NCBI GenBank assembly: GCA_963663965.2
Contig: CAXXFK010000028.1
Coordinates: forward strand, 96,001-160,000
DNA: 64,000 nucleotides
Direction: 5' to 3'
From: Sedimentisphaerales bacterium
GTDB taxonomy: Bacteria > Planctomycetota > Phycisphaerae > Sedimentisphaerales > SM23-30
Shown: positions 48,675 through 59,080 of the stretch, piece by piece
Position numbering within the stretch: position 1 is the stretch's first letter
Layout of the letters: each line of letters begins with the position of its first letter
Notes under the pieces: generated by a model
Databases searched by the model: none
The model's input: only the letters and a program-made list of their open reading frames with translations
What the model was told of the DNA's origin: nothing
Position numbers and translations under genes: made by a program

Positions 48675-50183
48675 TCAGCTATTTTTCCACTTTCTTTCTC
48701 CACCGCACTTTATCAGGCCATCAGATTTTTCGGGGCCAAAACTTCCCGGAGTATATGGCTCTGGTGTCTTGTTTTTCAGTTTAATGTTGTCGATCAGTGG
48801 CGAAATAAACTCCCAGGCCGCTTCAGTTTCATCACTGCGAATAAACAGTGTTTGATCGCCTAACAGAGCATCGTGCAGCAGTTTTTCGTATGCCGACGGT
48901 ATTGGGCTAGGGCAGAAGTCAGGGTAGTAGAATGTCAGCTCTCTTGGCTCCAGGCATTGCTGGCCGGTTTTGTGGGTAAAGAAGTTGACAGACACGCCAT
49001 CGTTGGGCTGTACTCTAAGAACTAAACTGTTCATCTGGCCGCAGTTGCAGCTGCAGTCGCGAGCAAATAACTGGTCATCAACTGGTTTGAAATAAACGCA
49101 TATTTCAGTAACCTTTTTTGCCAGTGCCTTACCTGTTCTAATGTAGATTGGCACATCAGTCATTCCAGGCGTATCTACAAACATCTTGAATGCTACAAAT
49201 GTTTCTGTTTTTGAATCAGGAGCTACACCTTCGGCCTGCAGGTAACCATCTATCTGACTGCCTTCAATGGTGCCAGCGGTATATTGGCCGGTGACTACGC
49301 TGCAGCAGCAGTTATTTTCACAGACAGGGCGAATAGACTGTATTACCTTTACTTTTTCGTCTCGAACATCATCGGCCGCCATCGATTTTGGCTTTTCCAT
49401 GGCAACCAGTGACACCAGCTGCATTATATGGTTCTGTACCATATCTCTCAGGGCACCTGACTGGTCGTAGTAGCCGGCACGCTGGCCGACATGAACCGTT
49501 TCGCAAACAGATATCTGGATGTGATCGATATGATCCTTATTCCACACCGATTCAAATATTCTATTGGCAAACCTGAGAGCCAGTATATTCTGTACCGTTT
49601 CCTTGCCCAGGTAGTGATCGATCCTGTATATCTGGCTTTCGTCCAGGGTTTCTTTAAGCTTTATGTTTAATTTCCGGGCAGTATCAAGATCAGTTCCAAA
49701 TGGCTTTTCAAATATGATTCTCCGGAAATAACCTTCCTGGGACTTGTTTAGCCCGCTTTTATTCAGATTGTCGGTTATTTCTCCAAAAAGATCAGGCTTA
49801 ACTGAGCAATAGAATAGGCAATTACCTATTTCCCCTTTGTTAAACTCCTGATTCTGCAGCAATGATATTAAGTTCTCGTATGTATCTATATTATTGCTGT
49901 CACCGCTAAGATAATGGATATGAGATTTGAACTTTTCCCAGTTTTCAACAGTGGCATTGCCGCATCGGTCGGCTTTTTGTACGTCCGGGAATATCTTCTC
50001 ACAGAACTCTGCATCAGACATTTCTCTTCTGGCAATACCAATGATCGAGAAATCCGCAGCCAGCAGGCCGTGGTGGTATAATTCGAATAAGGCAGGAATA
50101 AGTTTAAGGCTTGTAAGGTTGCCGGAAGCACCGAAAATAACTATTGAAAATGGTTCAGTCGTTTTATTGTTTGTCGGCTTCAT
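48675..50183 (-). CDS. zwf: Glucose-6-phosphate 1-dehydrogenase
   Basis: IFGASGNL, EKPFGTDL, YRIDHYLGKETVQN, GALRDMVQNH, RTGKAL. Confidence 0.97.
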   Translation of the reverse strand: MKPTNNKTTEPFSIVIFGASGNLTSLKLIPALFELYHHGLLAADFSIIGIARREMSDAEFCEKIFPDVQKADRCGNATVENWEKFKSHIHYLSGDSNNIDTYENLISLLQNQEFNKGEIGNCLFYCSVKPDLFGEITDNLNKSGLNKSQEGYFRRIIFEKPFGTDLDTARKLNIKLKETLDESQIYRIDHYLGKETVQNILALRFANRIFESVWNKDHIDHIQISVCETVHVGQRAGYYDQSGALRDMVQNHIMQLVSLVAMEKPKSMAADDVRDEKVKVIQSIRPVCENNCCCSVVTGQYTAGTIEGSQIDGYLQAEGVAPDSKTETFVAFKMFVDTPGMTDVPIYIRTGKALAKKVTEICVYFKPVDDQLFARDCSCNCGQMNSLVLRVQPNDGVSVNFFTHKTGQQCLEPRELTFYYPDFCPSPIPSAYEKLLHDALLGDQTLFIRSDETEAAWEFISPLIDNIKLKNKTPEPYTPGSFGPEKSDGLIKCGGERKWKNS

Positions 50184-50303
50184 TTTTCTGTTCTAAGCTA
50201 GTATATATGTTCTTTGTTTCAATCCATCTGTTCTATTATATGTCTCTTGTAAAGCAATTTACAACTGATTATATCCTTGTTTTTTTACAGACTCAAATTA
50301 ATA

Positions 50304-50340
50304 AAAAAAAGCGGAAGAAGTAATACTTATTCCGCTTTTT
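50304..50340 (-). terminator. Intrinsic terminator of the minus-strand PEP-CTERM gene
   Basis: AAAAAGCGGAA...TTCCGCTTTTT with an A8 run on the + strand. Confidence 0.75.
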
Positions 50341-50374
50341 GAATTTGTGTTAATTTCCAAGAAGTTCGAAAGGC

Positions 50375-51369
50375 TTATGACCTTTTCTTTTTCAATACTA
50401 CCATACACCCTGAAAGCAGCAGTGCTACAGTTGATGGCTCTGGAACAAGCATTGAAGATGCTGTACCGATCTCGACGAGTTCCATTTGTCTGGCAACTAC
50501 TGTTCCAGTCATGTAAGCGTCAACGCTAAATACGTCACTGTTGTAAACCCATAAATTCCTACTCAGTTCAATACCATCAAGTACGATTACGATATTGTCA
50601 ATATCTTTGGTGAATGAAATAATGTCATAGTTATTTATAGCATTACCTTCGTTTGTTATCTGGTCATAAGTGCCAGTTTCTGAGTCATAAGAGTCAGCAT
50701 CTATGATCTTTGCAATATTGCTGTTTGAGATAGCTCCGCCAGTTTTTACTACCAACGCACCGTTTGCCAGACTGTATACATTTATTGCACCTGCAACAAT
50801 GTTTTTGGTAAGTGTTACTACTCTACCGTTTGCAAGAGTTCTTTCAATGGTGTTCTTGAACTGCACCAGGTAGCTGGAAACAAGTCCAACCTGATTAACA
50901 TCATTCTTAGCAATTGAAATATATATAGGAGTATCAACCGAATATTTTGCCTCTATATACGAAGCAACACCGTTGTTATAGCTGTCACTGTTGTCATATG
51001 TTGATCTATATGCTGTGGTATTTTTACCAGGTATGTACTGGCAGCTCCCTTAGTGGAAGAGTAAAATGATGCAGCGGCTACTCTCTGGTTGATATTGACC
51101 CCACCTTTGTTATTGTTTTCTACAATACTGCCAGAAAACAATGCTGTGCTATTGGTAGCTACCTGCTCTGAAACACTGTAGTAGCCGGAATTGTTATCAT
51201 ATGCAGCAGAAGTGCCAGTTTTAAGTACTTGTTTGTTTTTCCAGATAAGATAGTAGTTGCTATAGTCGGTTGGTAGTGCTGACTGGCTGACAACACCAGC
51301 AGAAGCAAAGTTTGAAACCAAAGCCAGCAGAACTACGATAATTCCTGATTTGATCTTCATATTTTTCAT
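50375..51369 (-). CDS. PEP-CTERM protein, split by one frameshift in an A-homopolymer near 51021-51025
   Basis: Signal peptide in ORF 51369 and VPEPSTVALLLSGCMVVLKKKRS in ORF 50866; adding one A gives a continuous VKNTTAYRSTYDNSDSY...YLVQFKN reading. Confidence 0.8.
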
Positions 51370-52049
51370 TTTATCTCTTTCTCTCTAAAGAATATTCAAT
51401 TGTAGAAACTTCTTACGCTGTTGTAACTCAGTCAAAACTGCCAGGCATGGGTGTTTTATTCTTGGTATGTTATGCAGTTTTTTACACATATATCATAACT
51501 GCGTGTGACATAAATATGGAATATGTCCAGGCTATGATATATAATGTCAGGCTGAGTATTGGAACAGGCAGGAAGCAGTCAAGTCTCTCTGTCTCGACAT
51601 TCCTAACTCATTATGTTTTTAATTTTAACGCTGCTTACTGAAAAAGAACAATAAGTAACATATGTTATTATATACTATGTGGCAGTTAGCTGCAAATTCG
51701 ACATTCTAGATTGGTGTGATAATGTTCATAATTAACCTGTTTTATTGTATTTTATTTTTTGTAAGTCATTATATTGCAATGTGATATGTGATGTATGGTT
51801 TTTGGTTATGACTTTAATAAAAAATAGTTTAATTTAGAAAAAAGTTTAAATTTATTTTCATATTTCAATTTAATTATTTTTGCGAAAATGCGGTATTTTG
51901 TAGCTTAAGTATTTGTATTGTAAGTAGATATGTTGGTTTTTGTTTACTGAAGCGTCTGCTTTTAATCTATGTATGATCAAGATTATATTTTTGATTTTTT
52001 ATACTTTTATTCTGGCAAAATAGCTAAGATAGTTGTTTTGAACTATAGT

Positions 52050-54510
52050 GTGAAAATTGTTAAGGTTTATTGATTGTGAGAGTTAAAACGATTGTATTAG
52101 TTATGCTGATCATTTGGTCTTCAGAGGTTGCGAAGTATTTTTGGAATTTTTTTCTGGCTCAGGTAATAAAAAATGATGGATCAAGCCTTTTCAGGATACT
52201 GTGCTTAAGTATTATGCCGATGTAAGCCGTCCTTACGGCGAGCAAGGATCTGCCGGAATCAGTTCGAACATATTTTTCCTGCGGCAATATCTCTGAAATT
52301 GAATCTGTTATCAGTGTCATAAGAGAAAACTTGCTCTTTTAGACTGCATGATATGGCAGAAATATTGCTTCTGCTGCCGGAAGATGTGGTAGTCAGGGAT
52401 TATTATTCCAATCAGTTTGGAAACATTAAAACTGAACTAAATGAAATTGTATATCTTATTTGGGATTATTATGATTATATCGATAAATACCGGATGATAT
52501 CAGTTGGCACCGGATCTATGGCTCCAGTGGAGTCTATAGCAAGATCGTATCTTTCCAGCGTGAGATAAAGCTCCTGACTGCGGCTGCTATGTATTATGAT
52601 ATGGTCTTATCGGTCTCAGGCAGCGGAAAAAGTTTCTGATAAAAAAATATTAGATTCTCTTTTGGCTTGAATATATAACAGATAATAATCCTGCTTTTTT
52701 GATATGGTATATTCGTTTTGGCTGGAGTTGAAGTTGTAAAAGCTATGCTGATATCCTCAAAGCAATGGTAAACCTCGACCCTGTTGACAGTCTGGAAATT
52801 AAATATATAGAGTTAAAAGAAAAGTTTTACAGTCACGCAGACATAGGGGACTTGCTTGGTGAAGTAAATACTTTGATTGAAAGGTTTTGAAGTACTACCT
52901 TCTGATTTAAAGGAGGGCAGTATAAGCTTCTGGAAGAGTTTGTTATCTTCGAATCTGTTTTGTGTGAGAGCTATATTTCTTCAACATCAAATGAAGATAT
53001 TGGCATTTCTGATGGATGCCTGTTGTCAGCGTTCTCTAGATTAAAGATAATTCAAATTTATATCCTGACCTCAAGCTGTTATTTGCCTATAAAGTTTATG
53101 TGTCATTGAATAAAATCAATGAGTCAGGATGGCCTGAACTTCTGAAATCATATGATGGCAATTTGTTGTTAGAAACAGCCAGATTCATACAATATTCAAA
53201 GCCAGAAGAAAGTTCAAAAGCACTTGTCTTGTATGATACGATTTTAGCTGATAAGCTTGCCGGAGAAGACCTGGATTATGAAGTTTATAGCCTGAGATCG
53301 TTATTGTATCAAGAGCGAGCAGAGAGTGATAAAAGTAAAGATAGTATAGTTCAGGCCTCTTCTGATATCGTTATGTTATTATTGAATGATATATCTTCTG
53401 CTTTACAGACAGCAAGTGTAAAGTTGAACATAAGCCGGTTGTTAAGTGTTGTTTCATTGTACGAACAGGCTGGTTATGATGACAATAAAGTTATCATTAA
53501 CATATTGGATCCGTTGATAGCTAAACTAGAGGCTTTCGGTTCCGGAAATGTTCTGTTGGCTGTTGGCAATGAGGCAGAATCGTTATTTTATATATATGCT
53601 ATCTATCTCGAAAAAGATGAGAATTATTCTTCTGCAATAAAATATTTTGATGCTATTGAAAGCGATAAATATAGCCGTCAAGCCAGGTTTCAGGCAGTAT
53701 TATGCAGGTACAGGATCGTCTCGGCGAATGGTAGTCACTCTGGTAATCATCAGGTTCTTATCGATCAGCTGAAAAAGATCATAACTTATACTGATGGGTT
53801 AGATCAAATAGATATTCAGGCAGCTGAACTACTACTTGCTATTGCCTTGGAAAGCGGTCAGGACAATGTCTTTATGGACAGCATTTCACTTATACTGGAA
53901 AAGGTTCAATCTGACACGGCGGGCCCTTTTGTTGGATTAGCATGTTCTTTTATTAGCAGGCAGACCGGCAAAATGCAGAATTGTGCTGTTATGGGGCGGG
54001 TTGGCGATAACAGCGATTATTTCGGTAGTCTTATCAGTATTGCGGAAAAGTGCGCAGGCAGTGACGGAGGGGCAGATAATTCTGTTGCTCTGGATGCACT
54101 ATTGTCTGTCTATTCTTTCAAATACAGTGGCAGCATAGGTCAGCTTGCAGAAAATGTATCGGGCATAGAACTGCTTGGCTATTATAAAAATAACAGGGAG
54201 CTTTTTGAACAAAAGTCTATAATCTCTGTCAGGTTAAAGGCAATGGCTCTGGCATTTGAAGGTCAATATCTGGAATCCAGGAAAATATGGCAGCAGGTCA
54301 GGAATACCACCAAAGCTGATGGCGGGTATTACTATTGGGAAGCCAGGTTCTGGGGGATATTACTGCTTATTTGCTGATGATCAACGAGAAAGGGCTGTTC
54401 ATGCGATAGATGTTCTGGCTGCTGAGCTAGAGGCTGCAGGTAATAAGCCTGATGATATGGAGAGTTTATGGCTGGAAAGAATCAGACTTTTGCAATATAA
54501 TACCCATTGA
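52050..54510 (+). pseudogene. Large helical/TPR-like hypothetical protein, broken by several frameshifts
   Basis: Coding-like composition with fragments 52353, 53100 (425 aa) and 54256 in shifting frames; TPR-like YSSAIKYFD, YLESRKIW, YYYWEARFW. True start uncertain. Confidence 0.5.
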
Positions 54511-54562
54511 TTAACGTAACTACATGGTATTTTACATATTAAACGATAAGGACAGGTTGTAA

Positions 54563-54985
54563 ATGAGCGATAAGGACAGACTTGCTCAGCTGTTTGAGTG
54601 GCAGGCTGAATTGAATAAGAGAATTGGTTTTGATGCTGAAGCTTTACGTAAGGATTATGATCCTAAACTTGGTGGTGAGTGGGTAAACAATTACCTGGCT
54701 GCTATGAGTAATGAGCTGGAAGAGCTAAGGGACTGTATGTTCTGGAAACATTGGTGTAAAGAAGCAAAAGAAGGACGTAGATTTGAGATTCACGACCTGC
54801 AGAATGCCAGGGTGGAAGTGACTGATATGTTGTTCTTCTGGATTTCGCTGGCTCTTTCGCTTGGATTGAACGCTGATGATGCATTTCGCTTATATGAGCA
54901 GAAATTAGGTGTGAACCATAATCGTCAGGATAATAATTATTCTATGGCGAATAAGACAGAGGATGATAATAAAGATATAGCATAA
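54563..54985 (+). CDS. Dimeric all-alpha dUTPase (dUTPase_2 / MazG-like NTP-PPase)
   Basis: ELEEL....WKHW, NARVEVTDMLFF, K..VN..RQDNNY. Confidence 0.85.
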   Translation: MSDKDRLAQLFEWQAELNKRIGFDAEALRKDYDPKLGGEWVNNYLAAMSNELEELRDCMFWKHWCKEAKEGRRFEIHDLQNARVEVTDMLFFWISLALSLGLNADDAFRLYEQKLGVNHNRQDNNYSMANKTEDDNKDIA

Positions 54986-55250
54986 TCTAATGGGTTTTGC
55001 TGGCAAGGATAAGTTGTGCGGCTATTTGGCAGTACCATCTTGTTCTGTTTTTTTCTGAATATAAATTTGAGGTCTATAACTGGAAGTGTTCGGTTATGGA
55101 CCTTTGTTTTTTCTGTCTTAAACACACATGTTTGCGGTTGTAAGAAGTTGTTGACTGATATATTTAATTTTACAGGTTAAAAAAGTCGATAACTAGTTAC
55201 CGGATAATGAAGTACAAATAATGTCCTATAGCATTGATTTTGAGGTTAAA

Positions 55251-56759
55251 ATGGCTAATAGTCGTATTAGAATTTCGGATATGAAAGATTTTGTAGGCCA
55301 GACTGTTGATATCAGCGGTTGGCTGTATAACTCCAGATCGGGCGGAAAGGTTCTGTTTCTGATCCTGAGAGATGGCTCAGGTTTGTGTCAGGCGATTCTG
55401 GAAAAGAACGATGATACTGCAGAGGCTTTTCAGCAGGTAAAACACCTGGGGCAGGAATCTTCTATTGTGGTAACTGGTCAGGTTCGTCAGGAGCCTCGTA
55501 GTGTTGGCGGCTATGAACTGGCTGTTTCAGGTGTAAAGGTTGTTCATTGTACGGAAGATTACCCTATTACCCATAAAAGTCATGGAATTGATTTTCTAAT
55601 GAAAAATCGCCATTTGCACCTGCGCAGCCAACGTCAGTGGGCGATTGCCCGTGTCAGGCATACTATAATTGATGCTATTAGGAATTATTTTAACGGTAAT
55701 GGCTTCATACTTGTAGATACTCCTATTTTTTCACCGGCCGCCGGTGAAGGTGAACAGAATTTATTCAATGTTGATTATTTTGGCGAAGAGGTAGCTTTAA
55801 GCCAAACAGGGCAGCTTTACCTTGAGGCAGCGGCTATGAGTCTTGGTAAAGCGTATTGTTTTGGACCTACCTTTAGGGCTGAAAAGAGTAAGACCAGAAG
55901 ACATCTTACCGAATTCTGGATGGTAGAGCCAGAAATGTGCTATATTGACCTGAATGATCTTATGGCTGTTGGAGAAGGCTTGCTGTGTGCTATTGTTAAT
56001 GCTTCACTGGAAAATTGTAAGCATGAGCTGGATATTTTAGGTAGGGATGTAACTGATCTGGAAAAGATCAAGCCGCCATTTAACCGGTTAAGCTATAAAG
56101 AAGCGGTTGATATGCTGCATAGCGATAAAGTTGCACAATGGATGGATTCGCAATTAGAGGAAAAGCAGAAAGAAGCCCAAAAGCTGCGTGAAGATCTGGA
56201 TTCATGGGATAAGGAACTTCAGCAGGGCGGAAAGCAGTGGAAGATCGATAATCTTACCAGACAGATAGCTGAAGGAAAAGAGCTACTGACTGATATTGAA
56301 GAGCAGCTTGTAAATATACCAAAGCATAAAGAACTTGCGGCTAATTTTAGATGGGGTAAGGACTTAGGAGGGTCAGATGAAACTATTATATCAATGCAGT
56401 TTGAGAATCCTGTATTTGTGCACAGGTACCCTAAAGAGGTAAAGGCATTCTACATGAAGCCGGATCCAGAAGATCCATCTGTGGTACTGAATTATGATTG
56501 CCTCGCACCTCAAGGGTATGGTGAGATCATTGGCGGTTCGATGCGAGAAGAAAGTTATGATTCTCTTTTAGCTAGAGTTAAGTCCCTTGGATATAATGTC
56601 GATGACTATCAATGGTACCTTGACCTGAGAAAGTACGGATCTGTGCCTCACGGCGGATTCGGTCTGGGAATAGAGAGAACTGTTGCCTGGATTACAGGTG
56701 TCAAGCATATCAGGGAATGTATTGCTTATCCAAGAATGATGGGCAGAATATATCCTTAA
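55251..56759 (+). CDS. asnS: Asparaginyl-tRNA synthetase
   Basis: GWLYNSR..GKVLFLILRDG, LSQTGQLYLE, FGPTFRAEKSKTRRHLTEFWM.EPE, GEIIGGS.RE, WYLDLRKYGSVPHGGFGLG.ER. Confidence 0.96.
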   Translation: MANSRIRISDMKDFVGQTVDISGWLYNSRSGGKVLFLILRDGSGLCQAILEKNDDTAEAFQQVKHLGQESSIVVTGQVRQEPRSVGGYELAVSGVKVVHCTEDYPITHKSHGIDFLMKNRHLHLRSQRQWAIARVRHTIIDAIRNYFNGNGFILVDTPIFSPAAGEGEQNLFNVDYFGEEVALSQTGQLYLEAAAMSLGKAYCFGPTFRAEKSKTRRHLTEFWMVEPEMCYIDLNDLMAVGEGLLCAIVNASLENCKHELDILGRDVTDLEKIKPPFNRLSYKEAVDMLHSDKVAQWMDSQLEEKQKEAQKLREDLDSWDKELQQGGKQWKIDNLTRQIAEGKELLTDIEEQLVNIPKHKELAANFRWGKDLGGSDETIISMQFENPVFVHRYPKEVKAFYMKPDPEDPSVVLNYDCLAPQGYGEIIGGSMREESYDSLLARVKSLGYNVDDYQWYLDLRKYGSVPHGGFGLGIERTVAWITGVKHIRECIAYPRMMGRIYP

Positions 56760-57111
56760 TTTTGAGTTTAGGTTCCGGTATTCGTCCATATTTTTTTTGA
56801 CGATAATGTTGTAATATGGGTAAACTTTGATAAAAATAAGTGTTAATTTACTGTACAACGTGAAAAAAATATCAAAAATGTAGTTTATATGTTCTTGATT
56901 TATAATAGGTTATAATGTGTTTTTCTTTTTTTGCAGATTAATGTTTTATTAATTTGGATTTAGAGGTGAAATACCCTATTATTAAAGTATAAGATCTATA
57001 ACAGAAATTGCTTAGTCGTTCGTAAGTATTAAATAATATTGGGAGATTACTTGTGATAGCAAGTGACTTTTCAGTAAAGTAATTCTAAAGTAAGGAAAAT
57101 GGAGATTCAAT

Positions 57112-57552
57112 ATGAGATTACTTTCACTTGTAACAGTTTTACTTTTAGCAATAAGCTCCGGCTTAAATGCTGCAGCTATTACAGGGTCTAGCGACTCTGC
57201 CACAGGAAATTACAGCAGTTGTGAAACTTATACAAATTACGGCTCAGATAGCTGGATTGGATTTACTCTGACCCTAGATTCTGACGGTGCATTTGTAGAG
57301 TCTTCAATTACTGTAGCAGGCGATGTATTCACTGTGACTAGCTTCTCTGATACTGAAATAGTATTCGGTTCAGGCGTATTGTCACAGTATGAAACACTTC
57401 AGTTCTGCTATACAATTGGAGATGTACCGTTAACTAGTTATGGTACAACTTCTAGACCTGATGTAGTATTCACTCCTATGGTTCCAGAACCAGCCACTGT
57501 TTCTATTCTGGCTTTTGGTGCTCTAGGCTTGGCAAGAAGAAGATTCTGCTAA
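57112..57552 (+). CDS. Small PEP-CTERM protein
   Basis: Signal peptide; VPEPATVSILAFGALGLARRRFC. Confidence 0.9.
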   Translation: MRLLSLVTVLLLAISSGLNAAAITGSSDSATGNYSSCETYTNYGSDSWIGFTLTLDSDGAFVESSITVAGDVFTVTSFSDTEIVFGSGVLSQYETLQFCYTIGDVPLTSYGTTSRPDVVFTPMVPEPATVSILAFGALGLARRRFC

Positions 57553-57569
57553 TAGCGAGTAATTCAAGA

Positions 57570-57604
57570 AAAATGGCCAGGTGACTTTCATCTGGCTTTT
57601 TTTT
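57570..57604. terminator. Terminator between convergent genes
   Basis: GGCCAGGTGA-CTT-TCATCTGGCT flanked by A- and T-runs. Confidence 0.75.
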
Positions 57605-57658
57605 ATGCGCATTTAGGTTAGGTGAATTGTTTTCTCTGTACCGGAGATGTAGGATAAT

Positions 57659-59008
57659 TTACTTATCTTTTTGTCTTTTAGACTGACTGATATACTCTTC
57701 CAGTTTCTGCAGATATTCTGCTATTTTGCTCTCTCTGCCATTTTGCGATGGAATATAGTATTTCTGATTGACATTGTCAGGCAGATACTGCTGTACTACA
57801 TAGTTTCCAGGGTAAGAGTGAGGGTATTTGTAATCCAGACCCCGGCCGAGTTTTTTTGCACCACTATAATGGGAATCTTTAAGGTGGGCTGGTACCTGTC
57901 CGGTTCTGCCTTTTTGTACATCTTGGACCGCAGTCATAATAGCACTGCTGCTGGCATTGCTTTTCGGGGCGCAGGCTATATATATGGCTGCTTGAGCCAG
58001 CGGGAGTTGTGCTTCCGGGAAACCGACAAAGTCGGCTATCTGGGCGGCTGAGGCTGCGAGAATTGTAGCGGTTGGGTCGGCATTGCCAACATCTTCAGCG
58101 GCACATACGCAGATCCTGCGGGCAATGAAACGAGGGTCTTCGCCGCCTGCAATAAGTCTGGCAAGCCAGTATACTGTGGCATCAGGGTCGCTGCCACGCA
58201 TTGATTTTTGCAGGGCACTTGCCAGGTCGTAATGGCTGTCACCGCTTCGGTCAGAGATAAGTGATTTTTTCTGGATAGATTCAGCTGCCATCTCAAGGTC
58301 GATTGTGATCTTTTTGTCAGGTTCAAATGCACTCTGACTTATAACTGCAACTTCCAGTGCGTTGAGAGCCTTACGAGCATCACCATCGCAGCGAATTGCG
58401 AAAAACTCCAGGGCTTCATCTGTTATCTCAGCGTTATACTTACCTAATCCTCTATCTTTATCAGATAGGGAATTTTTGAGAATGTTCTTTATATCATTTT
58501 CATTTAGCAGCTCAAACTCAAAAAGAGTGCTCCTGCTTACAAGAGCAGAATTAACAGAGAAAAATGGGTTTTCAGTTGTGGCACCAATAAGGATTATTGT
58601 GCCATTTTCAACGTCGGCCAGCAGTACATCCTGACGAGCTCTATTGAATCTATGGATCTCATCCAGAAGTAGTACAGTTCTTTTTCCTTCTGCCGCAAGC
58701 CTGTCGTGAGCTTCTCTGCAGACTGCTCTTATTTCTTCCACAGTAGCCGAGATTGCATTTTTGGCGACAAATTCAGCTGAGCTTTGCCTGGCTATTACAT
58801 ATGCCAGGGTGGTCTTACCGGTACCGGGCGGTCCATAGAAGATAAGGCTGCTTAGCCGGTCTGCTTTCAGCATTCTCCAAAGCAGTTTGCCGGGAGCCAG
58901 GAAATGGCTTTGGCCTGAAATCTGCTCAATTGTTTCTGGACGCATTCTTACCGACAAGGGCATGGCTGCGTTTATATTCTTTTGTTCAGCGTTATTAAAT
59001 AGGTCCAT
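57659..59008 (-). CDS. rarA: Replication-associated recombination protein A (MgsA AAA+ ATPase)
   Basis: PLSVRMRP, GPPGTGKTTLA, LDEIHRFN, GATTENP, HYDLASALQKSMRGSDPDA, EDVGNADP. Confidence 0.96.
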   Translation of the reverse strand: MDLFNNAEQKNINAAMPLSVRMRPETIEQISGQSHFLAPGKLLWRMLKADRLSSLIFYGPPGTGKTTLAYVIARQSSAEFVAKNAISATVEEIRAVCREAHDRLAAEGKRTVLLLDEIHRFNRARQDVLLADVENGTIILIGATTENPFFSVNSALVSRSTLFEFELLNENDIKNILKNSLSDKDRGLGKYNAEITDEALEFFAIRCDGDARKALNALEVAVISQSAFEPDKKITIDLEMAAESIQKKSLISDRSGDSHYDLASALQKSMRGSDPDATVYWLARLIAGGEDPRFIARRICVCAAEDVGNADPTATILAASAAQIADFVGFPEAQLPLAQAAIYIACAPKSNASSSAIMTAVQDVQKGRTGQVPAHLKDSHYSGAKKLGRGLDYKYPHSYPGNYVVQQYLPDNVNQKYYIPSQNGRESKIAEYLQKLEEYISQSKRQKDK

Positions 59009-59080
59009 CGGGTATAATGATATAATGAATTGCCGTATATCTCAACATTTGTATTAAGAATCTGTGAATATCGGCATTAT

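Noticed and set aside
51447..51641. 64-aa ORF and small hairpins upstream of the PEP-CTERM gene
   Set aside because: No RBS or recognisable motif; the hairpins are short and not clearly above chance.
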